This document shows, in pieces, positions 38,001 through 50,400 of a stretch of 64,000 bases of DNA. The stretch is from Octopus sinensis (Eukaryota). Position 1 is the stretch's first letter. The number at the start of each line of letters is the position of its first letter. Location of the stretch: positions 19,281,360 to 19,345,359 of the forward strand of contig NC_043019.1 in NCBI RefSeq assembly GCF_006345805.1, read 5' to 3'. The notes below the pieces were generated by a model. It saw only the letters and a program-made list of their open reading frames with translations. It was not told where the DNA came from and ran no database searches. The translations under genes and the position numbers were made by a program.

Positions 38001-41000
38001 AAAAATTTCTTCCAGTCTCCTGTATTGATAATATTACTCTACAGAAAATATTCCACACAAATATAACATCTACATATGGATTTGGAATACTGGAATAACC
38101 AGAAGTGCTTCAAGAGGACACAGTTTGGATTTTACGTGTGACTCTGTATGTATGTGTGCGTGCATGCTTTTAACTATGATATAAAAGCCTGCAATCATAT
38201 TGTTTCCATTGATTTATCGTTGATTGTAATTACAAACTGGATTCAAGCCAGGTACTTTTTTCTAGACTGAAGTTAATAATATTGTCTACGCTGTACATAT
38301 GCCAGTGTTCTATGGGCATTTTTTTTGTTCTTTCTTTAACAAAATTATCCAAGCAATGGGTCAAATGCCTTTTGGTATTTAATTGTGTCTCTTTAAGTTT
38401 CTGAGATCAAATCTAGCTGGATTTGACTTTGCCTTTCATCCATAAGTATCAGACGATTACATTCAATTTTCTTTACCCCAGTGCTGTACCAGGGTCAGCA
38501 GGATTGAATACACATTCCCCACAAAATATGTAACAGTGTCATAAATGCTTTGCATTGTCTGGGCAAACAGCTGTGTGTGGCAGGATGAGTTGAGCATCAG
38601 ACAAATTGTGTTGTGGCATTTCTTTACACCACATTCTGAGTTTATTTCACAAATGAGTCAAGTTAGCTTTTCATTTTTTCTGGGTTCAAGAGAATAAAAT
38701 ACCAGTCAAGTATTGGGTCAACCTTATGTCAATATTAGAATATTTGTCATTGCCAGAAATCATCATCACCACCATCATCATCATTGTCGTTTACTGTCCA
38801 CTTTCTATACTGACATGGGTTGGACGGTTTGACTGAGGACTGCCAAGTCAGAAGGCTGTACCAGGCTCCAATCTGGTCTGGCAGAGTTTCTACAGCTGGG
38901 TGCCCTTCCTAACGCCAACCATTCCGAGAGTGTAGTGGGTGCCTTTTACATGTCACTGGCACAAGGCCAGTCAGGCAGTACTGGCATCGACCATGCTAGA
39001 ATGGTGCTTTTTACATGCCACTGGCATGGGAGCCAGTCAGACGGCACTGGCAATAACCATGCTCAAATGGTGCTTTTTACATGTCACTGGCACAGGGCCA
39101 GTCAGGTGGCACTGGCAATGGTCACACTCGAAGGGTGCTTTTTACGTGTCACAGGCACGGGACCAGTGAGGCAGTACTGGTATTGACCAAGCTTGAATGG
39201 TGCCTTTTACGTTCCACTGGCACAGGTGCCAGTCAGGCAGTAATGGCATCAGCCACAACAATGATTTCACTTGACTCAACAGGTCTTCACAAGCACAGTT
39301 TATTGCCCAATGATTGAAGGGTACTCTTAAATGGGCCAGTTATGCTGCACTAGCATAGGCCACGCTTACAGTCTCACTTGGCTTGCTGGGTCTTCTCAAG
39401 CACAGCATATCTCCAAAGGTCTCGGTCACTTGTCATTGCCTCCATGAGGCCCAACTTTCACCTCCTCATCCCAGGTCTTCCTGGCTCTACCTCTTCCACC
39501 GGTTCCTTCTACTGCTCTCCTCATCCATATGCAGCACATGACCATTCCAGTGCAGTCAAAATCATAAAACACTTCATGCTTCTCTTTCCTTGTCTTTTAT
39601 TTCTCTAGAATTGTGGAATGGTAAACTAACTATCTTTATATGATTTACATGTCACATTTTATAAATAAGAATGTTGTTTGTTACTGGTATCAACTAGGCC
39701 AAATCTTGGCTCACAACAGGCAAAACTAACCAGACAATGGCTATACAACTTGAGCAAAACAAACCCCGCAAAATATTTATATTTTGAAAGCACCAGTCCA
39801 TCAGTTTTCTGTTTGATCTCTCAGTGATATATGCCCAAGAAGTATAGGCAATCTTTCGGTACACGTACCATAACTGCCTGTTATAAACCCACGTGGGTTT
39901 ATTTACATTTCTGAAGAAAAAAGAAACCCTTTTCCCCCACCCCTAATCCTAACCCTAACCCCACATATATAAAAAAAAAAACTTTATGGAAAGTGACGAT
40001 CTTCTTCAAATGTAAACAAACAGACTTGGCAGTTATGGGACTTGTACCGAAAGATTGCCGAAGTATATATAATGACACACACATATTATACAGTGAGTTG
40101 ACAGTCAGTCATTTGAGCATTAGATAAAATGCATTGCACTGTTGGTTCTGACTCCTTCTGCTCTGAGATCATCTTGCATTCAATCCTTTCAGAGCAGGTA
40201 AATGAAGTATTCAACAGGTGGAAGAGTCAACATATTCGAACCCCAGTATTTTATAGACACTAGAAGGATGGAAAGCAAAGTTTACCTTAGCAGGATGGCA
40301 ACAATGGTGGTGATTGTTGTTTTTTTAAATCTCCCAGGACAGCCATGACTGTGTCGACCTCACATCCATTGTGTTCCATCAGTAATGCTCCTCTCTTGCA
40401 TTCAGACACTTTGTTTCCAGGATCCACCACATTATTATTCATTGGATTCTTGCTTTTGTTTTCTTTTTTTTTATCCCCTTTTTTAGAATGATACAGTTAA
40501 ATTTGAGAGAGATTTCGTTTATTTTTATAATTTCAATGTCGAGGCTAATGCATTAATTTGTAATAGCAATGATGTTTATGCTGTTGTCGTTGTTGTTGTT
40601 GTTTCAGTTTTATTTGGATGTGAACAATTTGAGGCAGTATGGCCTGAAACTGGCCCCACTTCATGACACATGGAATAAACAGCTGAAGTCACCCTACCTT
40701 GCAACTGACCCTTCTGCAGGGGACAGGATGAAGCCTGTACGGCCAAAGACGACACCCAAACTAATGTCAGACCATAATGGAAGCAAGGCAGAGGTGATTG
40801 TTTAGATGTTTTGTTTTCCATTTTTTGTTCAAATTTCCTCTTTTTCCATAGTTTTTCCAATTCAGCACAAACGATTGATGTGAAAGTTCAAATAATCACA
40901 TCATTATCGTTGCCATCATTATCGCTGTGATCCTCATTATTTCATTCATCTTCCTCAAGGTCAACCATATCACAAATGGTATCATCCTCCTCCTCCGCAT

Positions 41001-43335
41001 CCGCCTCCCCCTCCCCTCCTCCTCCTCCTCCTCCTCCTCATCATCATCATCATCATTAACATCAGCATCATCAACATCAGCATCAGCAACAACATTCTTA
41101 TTGTCAATATAATCATAGTTACAATCAAGATTTTCATCTTCCACAACAGCAGCAGAAATGCAGAACAGATGCTGAGAGTAACTATCACTCACATTATCAT
41201 CATAATTATAATGAACCAGCATAGACATAACAATGGGTCCAGAGTTTCTCTTCTCTTGACTCCTCCCACACTCAACAACAGGACTGTGTAGAGGTTTGGT
41301 AGGTCCAGACTTATTCCTCTTTCGACTCCTTGCACTCCTAGCAATAGGCTGGTGACCAAGATGTACACTGCTAAAATAATCTAAATCTTGCAGGTTGAAA
41401 AGAGTTGTCATCCAGAATCTGATACAAATGTTTAAATGCATCTATAAACCAAAGAGGGAATCTCTATGTGATCACTTGACCTGCAAGAAATAGCAGCCAA
41501 ATTACATCATACAAAAAGAAACAATGGACTCATTAAATAGTGTAATCTTAAATTAGCTACTTTTTTTTTACCCTTTTATTGATTTTAGTCACTGGACCGC
41601 AGCACTACTGGAGTACTGTCTTAAAGATGCCGTCAATCTAATTGACCTCACTACTTGTTTTTTAAGTCTGGTATCTATTTTGTTATCTCTTTTTTGCCAT
41701 TAAATTATAAGGAACATAAACAAACCAACATCAGTTGTCAAAAAGTTTTGACAACTCTTTGATAATATTCACATATATGAGAAGTTTCTACACAGTTTCC
41801 ATCAACCAAATTCCCTCACAAAGCATTGGCTAACCTGGGGCTATATCAGAAGACTCTTGTCTGACATACTGGGACTAAACCTGAAACATTTTGGTCTCAG
41901 AATGTTCATAACCATGTGCAGTGATGCCTGTGCCTAGATCTAAAAGGAAAGAAACAAATGCTAGGACAATGATGGCTAAATCACTTTTGATCAAAGGTCT
42001 GCTCAGTCTTTGCTCATAGCTCTACTGGGGAGAAGCTGCTACTGCTGCTGCTGCTGCTGCTACTTGCATGCATACAAAAAATATATACACAATCACACAG
42101 ACACAACTATTAATCCAAGCATCTCAAACTAAGATTATTCTGTTGCAGAGATATAATGCTGAGGCCAGAATGAGGACCAACTGCAATGTGACCATGAAGT
42201 TTTTGGGCAAACATGTGACAAAATTGCCAAGCGACTCTGTTCGTGAAACTGAAGTTGTTGTGCAGCAACAACACTGTGGTGGCAACACTGTATGCGTTTA
42301 CCATGGCAAACTTTTACCCCAAGGTAGAAACCTGACACTTTTTAATCTTCTTTGTTTTTAAGTTTAATTTTATGGCTGTGTTACAAGTTCAAATTGGTTT
42401 TGCTTTTATCCCTTCAGGTTCAATAAAATAAACCCCAAAGTAAACCAAATCGTAGCCCTCACTTGCAAGCCTTTACGACTTGCTAGCATTGTTTTCGATG
42501 CCTGAATAGTCATGAACAGACCGACACCTTCTCAGTCCTTTTAGCCTTGATCCAGTGGAACATCATCCAGGATGTGACAGCAAGAGACAGAACTGCATTT
42601 GTCATTATCATCATCCTCATCCACATTTTACATCCATTTTCCATCCTGACATGAGTTGGACTATGTGACAGGAGGTAGGCAAGGCTGGAGGGCTGCACCA
42701 GGTTCCATAGTCGGTTTCAGCATGGTTTCTACAGCTGGATGCCCTTCCTAATACCAACCACTTTACAGAGTGAACTGGGTGCTTTTTATGTGGCACCTGC
42801 ATGGGTTTAATTATATTAAAACTGAAAATAATTATTTTGAATTCTACAAATTAAACGATTGAATAAATTAAAAAAAAAAAAAAAAGACCTGACAGAATTT
42901 TTTTTTTTAACTTATTCACTGTTCACTTCCTGTACATATTCTGTTTACTGCTCATGCCCTTCTGGCTACAGTTTCTGATGAGTTATAGTACACCTGGACA
43001 CTGTATACAATAAGTTCATTATACAAAACTTTTAACTGGGAAATCTGGAGGTTTAGAACCCACTTGAGAAGTGTTGATATAAATGATTTCACTTTGATGT
43101 GTGGTCTTATACCAAAGTAGGAAAACATCAAATGATGCATTGGCAGAATCAGGAGACTCTCAGACAAAATGCCTTGCAGTATTTACTTTTTCTCTTTACA
43201 TTCTGAGTTCAAATCCTCCTGAGAACAACTTTGCTTTTCATCTCTCTGGGGGCCAATAAAATAAAGTACCTATCAAGAACTAGGTCTATATTGTCAATTA
43301 TCCCCCTCCCTTCAATTTATTTGGCCATGTGCCTA

Positions 43336-43392
<57 letters not shown>

Positions 43393-44433
43393 CACTACCA
43401 CCACAACCATCATCATCATCATCATCATTAGTGGAGGTGTGCAGCTTAGTGGCAAGGATGTTGCATTCATGACTGTAAAATTATGGTTTCAATTCCTGGA
43501 CTGGGATTCTTGAACAAGAATAAGGAAACCTGTGACAGAATAGGAGGAAATATTTATGCCACAGAACCGAGGAAACCAACCTTATGGCCCTCTGGCTTGG
43601 GAAGGTAGTGAACTCAAGCAGAATCCTTACTACGTCATTGAGCACTGGGGTGATTGACACTCTCCCTCCCTCCAAATGTCTGGCCCCTTCTGCCTCCGAT
43701 AGAAAAGATGGTCAGGATTATTATGGCAAGGTGATGAGCTGCCAGAATGGTTGGCTCACTGAGCAAAACACTTAGTGGCATTTCGTCCCCCTTTACATTC
43801 TCAGTTCAAATTTTGTCAACGTTGCCTTTTATTCCTTTCAGGGTTGATAAAACAAAGTACCAGTTTCACCTGCCACTACATTCTCAGTTCAAATTCCACC
43901 AAGGTCGACTTTGTTTTTCATCCTTTTGGGGTTGATAAAATAAATTCCAGTTGAATACTGGGGTCGATGTAATCAACTCATCTCCACCACCCCCTAACTG
44001 CCCTTGTGGCAAAAATTTGAAATAATAATAATAATTATTACTTTATTATTACTATTATTTATTGTCTTTGCACAGCTTCTAATGCTGGAGATGTACTACA
44101 ATGCCAGCTGTTCACTACTAGTGAACTAAGGTAACACTGCTTATTTTTCAAGCACCATCTGAAGTATTCAAGTGGTTCCAAGCAACACTGTTTTTTGCTT
44201 ATTGCAGCCCCTATTTGTTCTACGTATTTCTCAAGATTTTTACTCACTGTTCCCAGGGCTCCAACAATTACTGGTACTACTACCACCTTTTCCATCAGCC
44301 ACAACTGCTTGACCTCCCAAGCTAACCTGTTATATCTGTCGACTTTCCTTTCTTCCTCATCGCATACCATGTTGTCAGCTGGGTGAGCTATATCTATGAT
44401 CCAGCATCGTTTGCTTTCTTTCTCAATTAACAC

Positions 44434-44464
<31 letters not shown>

Positions 44465-47400
44465 CATGGAGGCAGCAAGCTGGCGCACTGGACGAAATAT
44501 TAAGTGGTATTTCGCCCTTCACTATGTTTTCAGTTCAAATTCCTTTCAGGGTTGGTAAAATAAGTACCATTTGAACACTGGGGTTGGTGTAATCGACTTA
44601 TACCCTCCAGCAAAATTGCTGCCCTTGTGGCTAAATTTGAAACCATTATTATTATTAATTAGGCAGTGAGCTGACAAAATCATTAGCACACTAGGCAAAA
44701 TGCTTAGCAGTATTTTGTCTGCCATTACATTTTGAGTTCAAATTCTGCTGAGGTCAACTTTGCCTTTCATCCTTCCAGGGTCGATAAATTAAGTACCAGT
44801 GAAACACTGGGTTCAATGAAATTGACTGGTCCCATCCCGCTAAATTTCAGGCCTTGTTCCTTTAGTAGAAAGGATTATTATTATTATTTTTATTATTTTT
44901 TCCTTTAGTCAACAAGAAAATCAGTAAAAATGTATCTCATCTGGTTTTCATTTCAGAAAATTTCACATTCATATCTCACCGCCATATCAACTTCCCATTC
45001 AGCCTCAGTGTCTACTTGGATGGTATTTTACACTTGCGAGTTAGTGTCTGCTGTGAATATCGGCACCATAGAGGTGGTATCATTGGTGGACCACAAGGCC
45101 AATTCATTCTGGTCAGTGTGAAGGGATCGATGCCTTGTGCCAGGTTAGAACGAGTTTTATTTTTGTGTTTTTGTTGTTGTCTTTCAAAGAATGGTGATAT
45201 GGCAGTGGCAATTGAACAGCAAGCTAAAATGTGAAGCTCAAATCTTACTCAATTGACTTCACATTTCTTGATTGTACTTCTTCCTTAACAAATTTATTTT
45301 CTTGATGTCAAAGTAATAAAATTATCATCATTATGATGATGAGGGCAGTTGATGACAAAATCAGTAGATCATTAGCGAAATTACCCTACTGTATTTAGTC
45401 ACAACCCTGCTGAGGTTGACTTTACCTTTTATCGCTCTGGGAATCAATAAATATCAGGAGCATACTCCTGAAACTGGATGGCAGAATTGGTGTAAGTATT
45501 GAACACTTTGTGTAGAAGGATCAGTATCTGGAGCCAAGTTTGTTTCATTATCACATGGTTCCAGGTTCAGTCTCACTGTGTGGTACCTTGAGCAAGAATC
45601 TTCTACTATAGCTCCAAGCTGACCAAGGTCTTTGCCCTCACCACTTGACAATCGATGCTGGTTTGTTTATATCCCCATAATCTAGCAGTTTGGCAAAAAG
45701 AAAACAGTAAAGTAAATCCCAGATTCCATTTTCTCTACTAAACCAATTAAGGGGCAGTGCCCCAGCATGGCCACAATCCAGTGACTGAAAATGCCTAGTA
45801 ATACTTATTTGCATCTTGTTTTATGTTCTGAGCTGGAATTTCACCAGAGATGAATTTGACTTATTCTTTCTGAATTAATTAAATAATTATCAGACAATTA
45901 CTGGGACCTACTTAATTGATTGCACCTCTCCCATCTCAGAAAAAAAATAGTCTGTTTTTTTTTTGTATATTAGAATTCAATATTTACAATTATAACTAAG
46001 GTGGTGAGCTGGCAGAATTGTTAACACTTTGGGCAAAATGTTGAGTAGCATTTTGTCCATCTTTAATGCTCTGGGTTCATATCCTGCTGAGGTCCTTTCA
46101 GAGTCAATAAAATGAGTACCAGTTATGTACTGGGATTGATGTAATTGACTTACCTCCACCCCCACCCCAAAAACTCACTGGTCATGTTCCAAGCATTTGA
46201 AACAGTGTTTTGATAATAACTGTATTTGTCATAGTTTCGTGATACTTGTGGTTTGATTTTAAGGTGCAAATTAAACAAGGACTTACGCCAGAAGAAACAG
46301 AAGAAAACGTCCCATGGTAAACCCCCGGAATCTGCCTTTCACCAGATTGACCACAGAGACAGTATGCTAGATGAACCTGATGGCAGAAGTCTTAGGAAAA
46401 AACAAACTAAATTCCAGTCAAAAGAGATGCCATCAAGTCAGGAAGGTTATATTTCTTTACTTATATTTGAGTTGTGTCTGGGGAGAGTCATTCTCTTTTT
46501 GTGCCTTATAATGTAACACATTCACCGGTAAAATTTACACTTTTTTTCTTATTTTTATTTTCCTAAAATTTTCGTTGCATCTTTTCGTTGCAACCTTCAA
46601 GAGTCAAGACGCAAAGGTGGAAATTTTACCAGTGAGTGTGTTAAATAATAAGGCACAAAAAGAAAATGACTCTCCCCAGACACAACAGAATATGCTTCAA
46701 CACACGAACTCATATAAAGAATCTTGCAAACCAAATCCAAAAACGAAATAATTATATTTGAGTTTTATACATCATCATCATCATCATCATCATTTAGCGT
46801 CCGCTTTCCATGCTAGCATGGGTTGGACGGTTCAACTGGGGTCTGTGAAGCTGGAAGGCTTCATCAGGCCCAGTCAGATCTGGCAGTGTTTCTACGGCTG
46901 GATGCCCTTCTTAACGCCAACCACTCCGTGAGTGTAGTGGGTGCTTTTTACGTGCCACCCGCACAGGTGCCAGACAGAGCTGGCAAACGGCCACGAACGG
47001 ATGGTGCTTTTACGTGTCACCGGCACGGGGCCAGGCGAGGCTGGCAACGGACACGAACGGATGATGCTTTTACGTGCCACCAACACGGGGGCCAGACAGA
47101 GCTGGCAAACGGCCACAATACGGATGGTGCTTTTACGTGTCACTGGCACGGGGGCCAGACAGGGCTGGCAACGGACACGAACGGATGGTGCTTTTACATG
47201 CCACCGACACGGGGGCCAGACAGGGCTGGCAAACGGCCACGAACGGATGGTGCTTTTACGTGTCACCGGCACGGGGGCCAGACAGAGCTGGCAAATGGCC
47301 ACAAACGGATGGTGCTTTTACGTGTCACCGGCACGGGCGCCAGGCCAGGCTGGCAATGAACACAAACGGCTGGTGCTTTTACGTGCCACCGACACGGGGG

Positions 47401-50400
47401 CCTGACAGGGCTGGCAAACGGCTACGAACGGATGGTGCTTTTACGTGTCACCTGCACGGGGGCCCTGATGTTGATCGACCTCAATTTGGTTTGATTTTGA
47501 TTTTGACTTCTCACTGGTCTTGCCGGGTTTTCTCACGCACAGCATACTTCCATTGGTTTGATTTTGATTTTGACTTCTCACTGGTCTTGCCGGGTTTTCT
47601 CACGCACAGCATACTTCCAAAGGTCTCGGTCACTGGTCATTTCCTTGGTGAGACCTAAAGTTCGAAGGTCGTGCTTCACCGCCTCGACCCAGGTTTTCCT
47701 GGGTCTACCTCTTCCACAGGTCCCCTCAACTGCCAGGGTGTGGCACTTTCGCACACAACTATCTTCAGCCATTCTCATCACATGACCATACCAGCGCATA
47801 CGTCTCTCTTGCACACAACAACTGATGCTTCTTAGGTTCAACTTTTCTCTCAAGGTACTTACACTCTGTCGATTATGAACACTGACGTTACACATCCATC
47901 GGAGCATACTAGCTTCATTTCTTGCGAGCTTACGCAAATCCTCAGCAGTCACAGCCCAAGTTTCACTACCATGTAGCATGGCTGTACGTACACATGCATC
48001 ATACAGTCTGCCTTTTACTTTGAGCGAGAGGCCTTTTGTCACCAACAGGGGTAAGAGCTCTCTAAACTTTGCCCAGGCTATTCTTACTCTAGCAGTTATA
48101 CTTTCAGCGCACCCGCCCCCACTACTGACTTGGTCACCTAGGTAACGGAAACTATCAACTACTTCTAGCTTTTCTCCTTGGAAAGTGACGGAAGTTGGTC
48201 TCAGAGCATTTTCAGTGTTAATTGTTCCTGAGCATCTGCCACATACAAAACCCATCTTCCTAGTTAGCCTTCCTTTGACATTGCTGCACCTCTTATGTGT
48301 CCATAGCTTACACTTGGTGCATCTTATAGAGTTTCTACCTACACCTTTTCTACAGATCGAGCAGGGCCATCTACCTGAAGGCGTTTGTGATTGGTCTACC
48401 TTCCTACTTATTAGGACTTTGGTTTTGGCTAGGTTGATTCTAAGGCCCTTCGATTCTAAACCTTGTTTCCATACCTGAAACTTCTCCTCTAGTTCTGATA
48501 GAGACTCAGCAATTAGAGCAAGGTCATCAGCATAGAGGAGCTCCCAGGGGCATCCTGTCTTGAATTCCTCCGTTATTGCCTGGAGGACTATGATAAATAG
48601 GAGGGGACTGAGGACTGAACCTTGGTGGACCCCAACCTCTACCCTGAATTCTTCACTGTACTCGGTGCCAACCCTCACCTTACTAGCAGCGTCTCTGTAC
48701 ATGGCTTGTACAGCTTTCACTAACCATTCATCTATCCCTAGTTTCCTCATTGACCACCAGATAAGGGATCGGGGGACCCTGTCGAAGGCTTTCTCCATAT
48801 CAACAAAAGCCAGGTATAGGGGCTTGTCTTTGGCTAGGTATTTCTCTTGCAGCTGTCTTACAAGGAAAATAGCATCAGTAGTACTTTTCCCTGGCACGAA
48901 CCCAAACTGCATCTGATCTAGGCTAACTCTCTCTCTCTAATTAGTTGGGCTATAACCCTCTCCGTAACCTTCATTACCTGATCCAGCAGCTTGATACCCC
49001 TGTAGTTATTTGTATCTAGGGCGTCACCTTTACCTTTGTAGCAGCTGACTATTATGCTGCTACACCAGTCATTGGGAATGACTCCTTCGTGTATCACCTG
49101 GTTAACTATACGGGTGACTAGGCTATAGCCGACACTACCAGATATTTTGAGCATCTCTGCAGTAATTCCTGATGGGCCTGGGGCTTTCCCTGTTTTCATG
49201 CTTTTAATTGCCTTATCTACTAAGGAACTGTCAACTCGGATTGCTGGTCCCTCTGTTGGGTCAACATTCGGCAGACTCTCTTTATCCCATTCATTTTCCT
49301 CATTCAGCAACCTTTCATAGTGGCTTCTCCAAACCTCTTTCTTTGCATCCTCATTTAGTGCAAGTGAGCCGTCATCCGTGCGAACACATTTTTCTCCTAC
49401 CACGTCACGATTCTCTCTCACACACTGTCTTGCTATACAAAATACCTCAAGTCTTTCATCCTCACGGCGCAGGACATTGGCAAATTTTTTCCTATCTGCT
49501 TCCCCTCTGGCTAAATAAACCTGCCTCCTAGCTTCCCTTCTTGCAGTCTGATACACTTCCCTGCTACCACCGTTCTTCCAGTCCTTCCAAGCCTGTTTCT
49601 TTTGTCTAATAGCCCTGTCAACAGTATTGTTCCACCACCACGTTATTTTGGGTCTTGTGGGGACTTTGCACCAGCCACAGATCTGGTCAGTGGCTTTCAG
49701 CAGGTTGTCCCTTAGAAACGCCCAGTTATCTTCTACTCCATGTGTAGCTATGCCCCCTTCTATTTCGTCGAAGGCTTCAAGTAACATGTCTCTAAATCTC
49801 TGTCCGTTAGCAGGGTCTTTAAGCTTCCAGACCCTTCTTCTCCATGTTGGTCGTCTTCTAGTCGTCCTCTTAGTCCTGATCCTAAAGTCACTGACTACCA
49901 TTCTATGTTGTGGGGTACATACTTCGCCTGGGAAGGTTTTGGCATTCATAAGCAGCCATCTTTCCCTTTTTCTGGCAAGGATGTAGTCGATTTGGCTAGT
50001 ATGCTGGCCCGAACGGTAGGTGACCAAGTGGCTTGTTGGTTTCCTGAAGTTAGTGTTGCAAACCATAAGACTATTCGCATCACAGAACTCCAGCAGCCTG
50101 GTTCCCTCCTCATTGCGAGAACCATAACCATAGCCTCCATGAACGCCATAGAAGCCCTCAGCATATCGTCCAACATGCCCATTGAAGTCACCAGCCACAA
50201 AGAGAAGGTCCCTGTTGTTCGTCAATGAGGTGGTCTGCAGTAGGGTGTCATAGAAACGGTCTTTCTGTCCATCGGGTAACCCTGGCTGAGGGGCATAGGC
50301 CGATATAATAGTTGCTAAACTATGATGGAGCACTAATCTAATCTTCAATATTCTGTCACATACTCTGACTACCTCGATGACTTTATCTACCCATTTTTCG

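Noticed and set aside
40896-41441. 181-aa acidic minus-strand ORF
   Set aside because: Largely (GAT)n/(GAG)n microsatellite; the non-repetitive part lacks a good donor and any recognisable motif.
46823-47658. Several overlapping repetitive ORFs ([11 protein letters not shown] repeats; also 18701-19095, 38935-39317)
   Set aside because: Translations of the RTE 3' UTR ~60-bp repeats.
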